The notes below the pieces were generated by a model, which saw only the letters and a program-made list of their open reading frames with translations, had not been told where the DNA came from and searched no databases. A stretch of 32,000 nt of DNA, from NCBI GenBank assembly GCA_038889235.1, contig JAWAHN010000003.1, positions 21,606-53,605 on the forward strand. The letters are read 5' to 3'. This document shows positions 9,368-18,429 of the stretch, piece after piece; the stretch's first letter is position 1; each line of letters opens with the position of its first letter. This DNA is from Candidatus Jordarchaeales archaeon (GTDB lineage Archaea; Asgardarchaeota; Jordiarchaeia; Jordiarchaeales; Freyrarchaeaceae). A program made the translations under genes and the position numbers.

Positions 9368-9659
9368 CAGTATCCCCTTGTTTCCCACGAGCAGACAGGA
9401 AATTCCGGAAGGACCGGGGCTCCCGATTTATTAATTTTTGTGGAGTTGAAAATAGCTGGTGCTATATGCCTCTCAACACGCACTAAATAACTTTTTTGTA
9501 GCGTGTAAAACCCTACTTGTCCGGCGTGCGGCGTGAAGGTTGAAGTTCCTGGAATATTCCTGTGAATGGTATATTCGAAGCTCAACTTATTGAGAGGTTC
9601 ACGCTTTGTGATGGTTGAAAGTCTCTCGTTCGTCTCGCCTATGCAGCATAAGGCTGTTT

Positions 9660-10091
9660 TCACCACCAGAACAGAAGTTTAACTCTCGGCTTTGAAAGGT
9701 ACCAAACTGCTGCCAGTCCGAGGAAGATGACTGCTACTCCGCTTACGACGTTAAAGTAAGGGAATTTCTGTGAAAGCAAGGCGATGAAAGTGCTTCTCGA
9801 GGAAAGCTGGTCGGGGGAGACGAAAATTCCAACCAAGCCGGCAAGTACCATGAACGAGGAAAACACTATGATGATTAACCTCCCCCAGTTTTTGAGCTGG
9901 AAAAGAGCTACGGCGGAAACGCCAAACGTCAGTCCTACCGCGAGAAACATTGCGAGTAAAGCTGCGTCCAAAGGCTGGAGGAGACCCCAGCTAATCAGGT
10001 TTTCTAAGCCCCAAATAGAAACGGCGACCAAGAGAGCGCCAAAAGCGCAATATGCCAGGCTGAAAAAAGTGATCCCCTTAGTGCGCTCCAT
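9660..10091 (-). CDS. Hypothetical membrane protein (about 4 TM)
   Basis: Four hydrophobic segments; ATG at 10091 preceded by GGTGA; LKNWGR loop. Confidence 0.7.
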   Translation of the reverse strand: MERTKGITFFSLAYCAFGALLVAVSIWGLENLISWGLLQPLDAALLAMFLAVGLTFGVSAVALFQLKNWGRLIIIVFSSFMVLAGLVGIFVSPDQLSSRSTFIALLSQKFPYFNVVSGVAVIFLGLAAVWYLSKPRVKLLFWW

Positions 10092-10350
10092 GCCAATCAC
10101 CCTTTTAAATCAGAGTATACCACCCCGCTCAGGAACCTATTCTACTTAACTCCTCCGAAGCAAATGTAGCACCGGGCAACGTCCATTAAACATGAAATAG
10201 ATGGGCGGCTCTTCCTCTTTTTTATTTCTGTCGAACCTCCTCTCAGTCGGCAGTTTTCCACGTGAACATCTTTCTCGCTACGGGCAGCCCCCTAAAGGAG
10301 GAAATCTTAAAAAGGGTTTTTAATTCTTATACGGGTTGGGGGGGTTTGTA

Positions 10351-11397
10351 ATGTCATTTCTTAAGCCTCCATCTCCCGATGAGGTCTTCTCGATATGGGT
10401 TAGCGGGATGAGAGATGACGAGGTCGAGGAGCTTTTCGCCCGAAAGGATATGCCGTTCGATAGGTCAAGCGTGTCTGCCGCGGAATTTGTTAAGGAAGTT
10501 GACAGGAAGATCGCAGTATTTTTCATGTCAAAGGTTGAAACCGAAAGTTTAGAGTCTGAAAAGAAGGAGAGCAACTACGAAGGACTGCTAAAAGTTAAAT
10601 TCTACGAGTTCCCTAAGGGGAAGGTTTCACCCGAACTCAAGCTAGACTCTAGGCTCCCCATGTTCAACTCGCTAGAGAAAGTTGAGTGCTCTGAATGTGC
10701 CGGTAAAGGCTATCTCGAGTGCGATAAGTGCGGTGGAAAAGGAACTTTACCTTGCAGTGAATGTGGCGAGAGCGGAGAGGTTTCTTGCGATGAGTGTGAT
10801 GGATCCAAAGAGATTACGCTAACCCTGAGCGTTATTTCGAATGGAGAGGAAGTGGAGAAGGAGCTGAAAATCCAGTGCCCCACGTGCTTCGGCTCCGGAA
10901 AAGTGGTGTGTGGCAAGTGTGGCGGGCTCACCAAGCTCGTCTGCAACGAGTGCGAAGGAGACGGCAAGTTCCCCTGCAAGAAGTGTAAAGGCGCCGGCAT
11001 TGTTTTCTCATACAGCATCTCGCCCCCGCCTGTTTCAGGGAAAAAAGCTTACCTCATATACTCTAAGCCCGAGATAGATGAAGCTTTATCAGAAATGCTG
11101 GTGGATAAGATAAGCCAGCTTGAAGCCGTAAAGGTGAACGACTACAAACAACTTAACAAAGACGACCTAGAAGCCCTGCTCGGCTTCTACAACAAGGACG
11201 TAGACAGTAAAGCCAGCAGGGCGAGGAAACTTTTCGCTGAACTCGAAAAGAAAGCCGACAAGACTGGTGAAACACCACTCTACCCAATATACATATTCCC
11301 GATAGTAAGGCTGGACGTAGAAACAGTCAAAGGGAAAAGAATACAAGTGTTTGCGGTGGGGGGCGAGAAAAACTACACCACAATCACACTGCGATGA
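10351..11397 (+). CDS. DnaJ-type cysteine-rich Zn-finger protein without J domain (SSUH2-like architecture)
   Basis: Eight CxxCxGxG-type repeats at nt 10687-10998; no HPD motif or J domain. Confidence 0.8.
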   Translation: MSFLKPPSPDEVFSIWVSGMRDDEVEELFARKDMPFDRSSVSAAEFVKEVDRKIAVFFMSKVETESLESEKKESNYEGLLKVKFYEFPKGKVSPELKLDSRLPMFNSLEKVECSECAGKGYLECDKCGGKGTLPCSECGESGEVSCDECDGSKEITLTLSVISNGEEVEKELKIQCPTCFGSGKVVCGKCGGLTKLVCNECEGDGKFPCKKCKGAGIVFSYSISPPPVSGKKAYLIYSKPEIDEALSEMLVDKISQLEAVKVNDYKQLNKDDLEALLGFYNKDVDSKASRARKLFAELEKKADKTGETPLYPIYIFPIVRLDVETVKGKRIQVFAVGGEKNYTTITLR

Positions 11398-11617
11398 AAT
11401 CAACCTCCCCTTTTTCGACTACGAACAGCCCCCCACAAAAAGGGGACAACATCTTTCCCTCCCTTAGGAAAAGCAAGTTGGACCATCAAAGGAAATGGCG
11501 AAAGGAATAACGCTTTTAAGATAGACGCTAGGCAGCTTTCAGCAGAGTTTTTATATATCTTAAAGGTGAGGTTTCTTGAAAAAGGTAATCAGTTAAACCT
11601 CCGTTGGAGGATTAGGC

Positions 11618-12013
11618 GTGGATTTAGACAAAGCAATCGTGGTAGTCGCTAGGCGCATGAATAAACGCGCAGAGGAGCTGAGAGGGAGAACTCCAATTGT
11701 CGAGGTAATCGATCATGTTATGAGCGAAACTAAGTGTAAGAATTATGAAGAATTCTTTAGAATTCTTCTTGAGAATCCAAGGGTGCTTTATGATCTGGCT
11801 TCACTAAGAGTGAAAAACGCGATAGTTGACTCGTTTTTAAGCATGTTGTTCACGGAAATTTTCTCGAGGTTTGGCTTAGGAGAGTTGGGCCCCCTCCTCC
11901 TCGAAGCTATAAAAGCCGGGGACAAGGCAGAAGTCAAAAAGATTTTTCTGAAAGTTGCTGAAGCCGTGAAGGAAGCAGAAGAGAAAGAAAGTAAAACCTC
12001 TATCGAAACATAA
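11618..12013 (+). CDS. Hypothetical alpha-helical protein
   Basis: 131 aa, E/K-rich, GGAGG RBS, upstream TTTTTATATA at 11548-11557; no family recognised. Confidence 0.75.
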   Translation: MDLDKAIVVVARRMNKRAEELRGRTPIVEVIDHVMSETKCKNYEEFFRILLENPRVLYDLASLRVKNAIVDSFLSMLFTEIFSRFGLGELGPLLLEAIKAGDKAEVKKIFLKVAEAVKEAEEKESKTSIET

Positions 12014-12561
12014 TTTTTCTCTTACCTTTTGCTCATTACGAAAAAGGGAAGGGGGCTTGAATGCTCCTCAGCTCGCCGGGCTAGAAAGTGGCCACCAAGC
12101 TTTGGTGTAAGTGAAGCTTAAATTAGTCGACTTCGTTGTCATGTTGCTTACATGGGAAGCTTTGTCCGCGAATGTAATTTTAGAAAAACAGGAAACATTC
12201 TCTTGCCTGCTTAAGGCTTAACTTGGCATTGCTGAGATTTTCTTGAGGCAAGCGTTCTTCTGTCGGAGCTGTGTCACTCAACCCGGCGCTTGTTCTTTCA
12301 ACCATACGAGCTTTAACGAGCGAAAACTTGCTTCCAAGTACATTTCCGTCTCTCTCACAATTCCTCGTATTGCAGCGACTTATAGGCGTCCCGGCGTTTG
12401 CTGTTTTTCCAGAAGTGCTACTGAAGTTTCACCTGTTTTAATTTCTTTTGCAGCCCTCATACGCTGCTTCCTGAGCTTGGGTCTTCTGAGGACATTTTCC
12501 AGCGCGCATGTGATACCGTTCGTTTGGAAATGTCGTTTCACACTGTTCGAATTAAGACGTA

Positions 12562-12607
12562 AAATTTAAAACTTTGGTAATACTTTTTTGTAAAACAGTA
12601 ATATCAA
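12562..12607 (+). promoter_or_regulatory. TATA box plus NikR-type operator upstream of the orphan ECF operon
   Basis: AAATTTAAAA (12562-12571), then TTGGTAATAC (12574-12583)-N14-GTAATATCAA (12598-12607). One mismatch per half-site relative to the nikM operator, with identical spacing. Confidence 0.7.
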
Positions 12608-12608
12608 T

Positions 12609-13403
12609 ATGAGGGTGTGCACCGTGCGCGGCTACTTTACGACGCGAGACCTAGCATACGTGTCCGTCACAACCGTGATGGTCTACGTGGTTGCTTTTGT
12701 GGCCATAATGAGTGTTTCGGCGTTCACAGCATTTCCGGGAGCTAAGTCCATCGCGTCAGCCTTCTTCACGGCGATAGTGCTCGCCTTGGGCGCCATGAGG
12801 GTCAGAAAAATCGGAGTGATGAGCTTCGTAACACTCCTGTGGGGCCTAATAAGCGCCTTCCTCTTCCCAGCAGTCCCCATACTCCTCCCCGCTACGCTAA
12901 GTGGTGGAGTAGCCGCAGACATCCTAGTCTTCCTTCTCAGAAAGGACTACTCAAGTGAGAGCGCGACCACCATTGCTTGCGGCGTCAGAAGCGGCGTCTC
13001 AACGCTCGTTGTGCTGTTGCTGGTGCTGGTTTTCGGCTCAAGCTCGCTTAGAGGCGCACCGCTCATCTTCCAATTATATGGTGCCACGCTGAGAGTGCAG
13101 GCTTTCCTCATGTTCATCAGTTTGGCGGGTGTTCCACCAGATGTCGCGTCGCTCTTCGGAGTGATTCTTACCGTGGGTGTTCTAGGCGCCTTCATGCCGA
13201 ACTTGGGTGTTCCGGGGGAAATTGTGGCGTTTGCCGCGCCACTCCTGAAATTGCTAGGTGTTCAGGCTGGTGGCGTTGAAGCAGTGTTAACCCCATCGCT
13301 GATCGTCGTTATTTCGGCTCTTTGCTTCGCTCTTGGAGCCGCTGGCGGGTATGTTGGGGCACGCATAGGCAGGGAGCTTAAACTCGCGGGGGTTTACAGG
13401 TGA
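12609..13403 (+). CDS. ECF transporter S component, MptD/Trep_Strep-like, enlarged
   Basis: N-terminal FTTRDL, RVRKIG, GGVAAD and final helix GAAGGYVGARIGREL typical of this S-component type; first gene of an S-T-AA operon. Confidence 0.7.
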   Translation: MRVCTVRGYFTTRDLAYVSVTTVMVYVVAFVAIMSVSAFTAFPGAKSIASAFFTAIVLALGAMRVRKIGVMSFVTLLWGLISAFLFPAVPILLPATLSGGVAADILVFLLRKDYSSESATTIACGVRSGVSTLVVLLLVLVFGSSSLRGAPLIFQLYGATLRVQAFLMFISLAGVPPDVASLFGVILTVGVLGAFMPNLGVPGEIVAFAAPLLKLLGVQAGGVEAVLTPSLIVVISALCFALGAAGGYVGARIGRELKLAGVYR

Positions 13404-14170
13404 TGCTGAGAGGGCTTCAGCTGACTAGCACTAACACGTTTCTTAACGGCGTCGATCCGAGAGTCAAACTAGTGTTCGTTGCGGCTGTGAGTGTACTAAG
13501 TCTCGCTTTGAGCTCCTTTACCTCCCTTCTTTTTCTAGCACTGCTTCCAACTCTCACTCTGTCACTCGCTAGGGCGCTTGGCAGGGCTAGATTCTTCATT
13601 GTTTCGTTTCTCGTATTTTCTGCTCTGAGCGTTTTCGTTGTCTACCTTTTGAGGTTTGGCAGCGCTCTGGAATTTGCCAAGTTCTTTGTTAGGGTCTTCG
13701 CAGTGATGAACGCCGGCTTGTTCTTCGCTTTTACCACCTCACCCAACAAGTTTTCTAGGGGGCTTGAAAAGCTAAAGGTTCCGCGTTCAGTCTCCTTCAC
13801 ACTCACATTAACTATCAGGTTTATCCCTGTCTTTTTAAAGGAGGCGGAAGAAGTGTTGTCATCGTTGAAGGTGAGGGGGGTGAAGCTTGGGATAAGGGGG
13901 TTCATCAAAAACCCGAAGGTAGTATTACGGTCCTTGACCATACCTCTTATTGTACGCATGGTAAAAACCTCGGACGACCTGGCATCCGCCCTGGAGTCTA
14001 GAGGGTTTGGAAGCCCAGCTAAGAAGACCAGCCTTCACGAGGTGAAGGTAGGGAAGGTTGACTTAGCCTTCCTGTCCATCACTATGGCTTTCCTCGTCTC
14101 CCTCCTCTTGTTGGACCCATCCTTCTTCAGCTTTCTCGACTTTACAGCTTTCTGGAGGTTTATGGTTTGA
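13400..14170 (+). CDS. ecfT: ECF transporter T component
   Basis: DPRVKL, TIRFIPVF, LKVRG and LESRGF (two X-R-X coupling motifs); GTGA overlap with the upstream stop. Confidence 0.92.
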   Translation: MMLRGLQLTSTNTFLNGVDPRVKLVFVAAVSVLSLALSSFTSLLFLALLPTLTLSLARALGRARFFIVSFLVFSALSVFVVYLLRFGSALEFAKFFVRVFAVMNAGLFFAFTTSPNKFSRGLEKLKVPRSVSFTLTLTIRFIPVFLKEAEEVLSSLKVRGVKLGIRGFIKNPKVVLRSLTIPLIVRMVKTSDDLASALESRGFGSPAKKTSLHEVKVGKVDLAFLSITMAFLVSLLLLDPSFFSFLDFTAFWRFMV

Positions 14171-15822
14171 GCGTTGAGGTCGAGCGTTTAAGTTATCGCT
14201 ATCCCAACGCGGAAAGTGACTCGCTCGTCAACGTCGACTTGAAGGTTAGTAGAGGAGAGTTCGTTCTCCTCGTTGGTAGAAGCGGTTGCGGTAAGACGAC
14301 GCTGGCTAGGTGCATCAACGGACTTATACCACACGTGTTCAAGGGCGAACTCAGGGGGGTAGTTAGAGTTGACGGGGTCAACGTGGCTGAGACTCCCGTG
14401 TATGAGATGGCTAAACTCGTCGGCATGGTTTTTCAGAACCCTGACACTCAGCTCTGCACGTTAACTGTGGAAGACGAGGTTGCCTTCGGCCCTGAGAACA
14501 TTGGAGTTGAGAGAAGCGAAATTGAGGAGAGGGTTAAGTGGTCTCTTTCAAGTTTAGGGTTGGAAGGTCTTAGGTGGCGGAGCACTTTCAGTTTGTCCGA
14601 TGGAGAAAAACAAAGGGTGGCTGTGGCGGCCGCCCTATCCATGCTTCCAAAGGTTCTAGTGCTTGATGAGCCAACGGCGAACCTCGACCCGAAAGCCTCC
14701 GAGATGCTCGTCGACACACTGAGAAAGTTGAGAGACAAGTATGATACCACGATTATACTAGTTGAGCACAGAGTTGACAGGTTCATTGAAGCGGCTGACA
14801 GAGTTGTCGTGATGGATTCAGGGAGAATAGTCGAAGACGGGCCTCCAGAAGTTGTAGTCAGGAAGGCCGACGTATTGGAGAAGTTGGGAATTCGAGTGCC
14901 TGAAGTCGTCGAGCTGTGTAAAGCGGTTGGGATACCCCTAAACGGGGGGTTAGACGAACTTAGGTTCCTGGCCTTAGAGAGGATGAGGGAGCTGAGAGAG
15001 GCGAGCTTCGTCAACGACTGTTCGAGTCGCGGCGAGGAAATCCTGAGAATGGAGGATGTTGTGCTCAGTTACGGCGGTGTGTTCAGCCTTAGAGTTGACT
15101 TCTTCTCATTGTGCAGGGGGGAAGTTGTTGCTGTTATAGGTGGTAACGGCTCAGGAAAGACGACTCTCGCCAAGCTCATAGCTGGGCTCGTGAAGCCGAA
15201 AAAGGGTAGCATAAAAAGAGCGAAGGGTCTTAGGGTTGGGATGGTTTTCCAGAACTTCGAGGTTCAACTTTTCAGAAGTTCTGTCTTCGACGAGGTTGCC
15301 TTTCAACTCACCGAGAAGCTAGACCCAAACCACGTTAAACGTAGGGTGGAATCCGTCCTGGCGGAGATGGGGCTCCTAAGTCTAATCGGCAGACACCCTC
15401 ACTCCTTGAGCCAGGGTGAGAAGCAGAGAGTAGTCATAGCGTCTTTGATCGTCGACCCGCCGGACATACTCATACTCGACGAGCCGACAACAGGACAGGA
15501 CGGGCATCACCTCAAAATACTGGAGGAAGCGGTGAAGAAAATGAAGATGAGCGGCGTGGCCACCGTTGTCATAACACACGACTTGTCCTTCGCCGCAAGG
15601 GTGGCAGAGCGGGCGGCGGTGGTGAGCGGCGGGAGAATCGCGATGACAGGAGACATCAGAGACATTTTGTACAAAATAGACGAGCTTGCAGGCTTCACCC
15701 CTCCAGAAACCGTTAAACTAGCGAGGGAAGCGGGATTAAGAGGGATTATTAAGCCAGGGGACTTTCAGGGTGTGTTCTGCAGCAAAGATGTGAGGAGTAG
15801 TATCGTCCAATGGGGTTATTAA
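14167..15822 (+). CDS. ecfA: ECF ATPase with two fused ABC domains
   Basis: Walker A GRSGCGKTT and GGNGSGKTT, Q-loops FQNP/FQNF, signatures LSDGE/LSQGE, Walker B LDEPT twice; TTGA overlap with ecfT. Confidence 0.93.
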   Translation: MSVEVERLSYRYPNAESDSLVNVDLKVSRGEFVLLVGRSGCGKTTLARCINGLIPHVFKGELRGVVRVDGVNVAETPVYEMAKLVGMVFQNPDTQLCTLTVEDEVAFGPENIGVERSEIEERVKWSLSSLGLEGLRWRSTFSLSDGEKQRVAVAAALSMLPKVLVLDEPTANLDPKASEMLVDTLRKLRDKYDTTIILVEHRVDRFIEAADRVVVMDSGRIVEDGPPEVVVRKADVLEKLGIRVPEVVELCKAVGIPLNGGLDELRFLALERMRELREASFVNDCSSRGEEILRMEDVVLSYGGVFSLRVDFFSLCRGEVVAVIGGNGSGKTTLAKLIAGLVKPKKGSIKRAKGLRVGMVFQNFEVQLFRSSVFDEVAFQLTEKLDPNHVKRRVESVLAEMGLLSLIGRHPHSLSQGEKQRVVIASLIVDPPDILILDEPTTGQDGHHLKILEEAVKKMKMSGVATVVITHDLSFAARVAERAAVVSGGRIAMTGDIRDILYKIDELAGFTPPETVKLAREAGLRGIIKPGDFQGVFCSKDVRSSIVQWGY

Positions 15823-16146
15823 GAAAAGTTACCCGCCTCCAAGCATGAAAGGGAAGAGCGCAAGGCGCTCCCCGTCATAGATTGACGAAAGCACCTATCC
15901 ACCACAACCCCACCTTCGAATGCTGGGCGAAACCCTTCCCAATTTTCTGGCTTCGACGCCATGAACAACTTTTAGTTGAGAAACAGCTGGGTTAAACAGC
16001 ATTCACGTGCTCCTCTCTAGTTATGGCAGCATTTCACCTTTTACATCGTTCATCCCGTTAGTTACGCCGTTTGTCGATTTCCTCTGAAGGAGCCCGGGGT
16101 GTTGGAAGGCGAAAGTAGCCGCTACCCGGGCGCTTACCCCTTTTTC

Positions 16147-16971
16147 CTAGCTGGAAAATATCATTCGTCCATTCACGAACACGAGGAGTTTTCCCGGCTC
16201 GACCGACCTCCACTTTTCGTTAGTGAGGTATACTGGTTTAGGTGAGTAGTTGAGGGAGAGAGTTGTCACCAGGACGCCTTGCAGGCCTTTTTCCTTCCCT
16301 TCTTGCAGGATGACTTCTTCCTCACTGTCTATTAGTCGCGTAGTTGGGAACGGCGCCATCCTAAAGGTTAACGCCATGCCATTGTAGCCTTCACTGTCAT
16401 GGTAGACGAAAAGGTGTTCCCCGTCGCTCATGGCGCAGTTGAGGAAAAAGTATTCGTTGATCTCGGCGAGCTTGTCTGCGAGCCACGAGAAGCCGTCTTC
16501 ATCCCACGTCTCCACTCCACTCTCCATGCAGGCGAGAAGGTGGCAGAAAATGTACTCAGAACCCGTCTCGCCGTACGGTTTAAAATTTCCCAGCGGAAAC
16601 CTCCTCTTAAACTCCAACCTTCTAAAGTTCCGCTTGAGGGAGCCGTTGTGCGCGAAAACATAGGTTTTGCCCTTCAGCTCCCTGCGAAAAGGGTGGGTGT
16701 TCTCGCAAGATGGGGGAGATAAACGCATGTTTGACGCGCGGCGAACGTGTGCAACAAAAATTTTGGATCGCACTTGCACGTCGGTTATCAGTGAGGTAAA
16801 AAGCCTGCTTTCCAGCGCCGTAGCAGGCTCCTTAACCACCCGCGCGGCTCCATCCTGGTACCATGCAACACCCCACCCATGCCAGTTAAACTTGCCCTTC
16901 ACTCTAAAACCCCTAAGAGAGAAAGAAGCTGTAACAGGCTTATTGAAGCACATCGCTAGGAGGTCACACAA
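16147..16971 (-). CDS. Class II glutamine amidotransferase (YafJ/EgtC-like, Ntn hydrolase)
   Basis: Cys2 nucleophile (MCDLL), HGWGVAWY, AHVRRAS, ENTHPF, FAHNG. Confidence 0.9.
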   Translation of the reverse strand: MCDLLAMCFNKPVTASFSLRGFRVKGKFNWHGWGVAWYQDGAARVVKEPATALESRLFTSLITDVQVRSKIFVAHVRRASNMRLSPPSCENTHPFRRELKGKTYVFAHNGSLKRNFRRLEFKRRFPLGNFKPYGETGSEYIFCHLLACMESGVETWDEDGFSWLADKLAEINEYFFLNCAMSDGEHLFVYHDSEGYNGMALTFRMAPFPTTRLIDSEEEVILQEGKEKGLQGVLVTTLSLNYSPKPVYLTNEKWRSVEPGKLLVFVNGRMIFSS

Positions 16972-17511
16972 GCCACGACCCCCTGAAAACTAACACTTTC
17001 AAGCTTCTCATTAAAGGCCTCTCTTAAATAGTTGTGCCCAACTATTTTCAAGGCTCCTCCTCTACCGTGTTTTGCCACATTTCGAGGTGTCATGTCCTAG
17101 TAAGAAAGTTTCTCGTTGACAGGAAGGCTGAGCTCAGCCGCGCCCCAAACCATAAAGGCTCAAACTTCTCAGCCTACCGCAGATAAAAGGCTTCTTCCCA
17201 GAGCTAGATAGGCATAGAAAAGTAGTAGACCTAGAAGCAATAAGCAGAGCGCACAACTAAAGTGAGGGTAGGCTGCATGTGAACCTCCTAATAACTGAGC
17301 CCCATTTTTTAAAGTGACCCTTTCAATCCTACCGCTAGGTGCTTCGAAGACTCGACTTACACGCTGAAAGTCAAACTGGCGTTACGGAACAGTGGGCCCC
17401 TTGCCCAAAAGGTCAAAGGCGAGGGTGCCACGTACCTCTGCTGAGCCCTCTCCAGGGGGCGTAAAGCTTGTATTCCTCGCCGCCGCCTTTCTTGGTGGCT
17501 GGTGGTGGCGT

Positions 17512-18216
17512 TTGCAGGGAGAAAACCTATCGTCGCTGAAGAGGATAATCGACGAACACATGAAAATGGTTTCAGGGTTAAAGGAGCACTGCGAAAGGTG
17601 CCTTAGGACTGAAAGGTGGGGTGGGAGCGTCGTGCTCATGGTTGTCGATGCAGCCTTCACCTCGATAGGGCTAAACTATTTCACAGCGGTTGTGCCAAAA
17701 GTCGAAGAGTTCAGTAGAAGGTTTGTTGAAACGGGGCGTATAACCCGCTTAAGGGACCTCGCAGAATCCAGCTTAGAGGAGCTCACAGCCGTCTGGCGCA
17801 ACAAGAGATCGCTAATGGTTGCCAAAGAAGTAGCAGCCTACCTTTCAACCTTGAGCGAGGACGACAGGGAGGCTTTAAGAAGCTGGGCTAGGAGTGCAAG
17901 AATAGAGGAGTGGAAGCGCGACCCCATAGGAAGAATAAAGGGGGTCGGCTTAGTCACATTCCAATACCTGAGGATGATGGGTGGAATAGACACGGTGATG
18001 CCCGACAAGATAGTCAAAAGAGTGATAAACGGGATACTTGCAGAAGCAGGGCTTAAACCTGTCGAAGACGACCTAGAATTCGTGAGAACAGTGGAGCGGC
18101 TGGCTGTTGTGTGCGGTTACAGGCCAATAGAGCTCTGCTGGATGACGTGGCTCATACAACCAGAAGGAAAAAAGATGAGGATGGAAAAATACGCCCCACT
18201 ACTCCAAAAAATATGA
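17512..18216 (+). CDS. HhH-GPD superfamily (DNA glycosylase-like) protein
   Basis: HhH motif IKGVGLVTFQYLRM followed by MPDKIVKRV. TTG at 17512 after GGTGGTGG; the ORF-track start at 17392 looks over-extended. Confidence 0.65.
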   Translation: MQGENLSSLKRIIDEHMKMVSGLKEHCERCLRTERWGGSVVLMVVDAAFTSIGLNYFTAVVPKVEEFSRRFVETGRITRLRDLAESSLEELTAVWRNKRSLMVAKEVAAYLSTLSEDDREALRSWARSARIEEWKRDPIGRIKGVGLVTFQYLRMMGGIDTVMPDKIVKRVINGILAEAGLKPVEDDLEFVRTVERLAVVCGYRPIELCWMTWLIQPEGKKMRMEKYAPLLQKI

Positions 18217-18429
18217 CCGAGAACGGTGGACCCCCTTAAAAGAAGCACCTCCAGCTCAATGGATGAAACACACCTTGAAACTCCACCTCAACCCCCCGTG
18301 CTTCCATAGGTTCATCGAAAGCTGCAAATACGCTTGAAGCGCAACTCTTTCTGAGGGGTTATAGTGGCAGGCTGCCCGGCCCTCCGCCTGCTTGTTTAAA
18401 GAGGGCTCCGCGGGCCATGTGAGGAAAAG

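Noticed and set aside
9509-9565. CPACG Zn-knuckle-like peptide in the intergenic region
   Set aside because: Only 18 codons between stops with no start codon; compatible with chance.
12243-12569. Plus-strand 108-aa ORF as a possible nikR or regulator
   Set aside because: No ribbon-helix-helix or His-rich NikR motifs; Cys/Phe/Ser-rich antisense-like composition.
14199-15698. Numerous long antisense or alternate-frame ORFs (also 29974-30735, 21970-22371, 27442-27873)
   Set aside because: Shadows of well-supported genes on the opposite strand or frame.
16092-16131. GC hairpin containing GAA and a GAAA loop, SECIS-like at first sight
   Set aside because: Core geometry does not fit, and no flanking gene has an in-frame UGA; probably a 3' structure between convergent genes.
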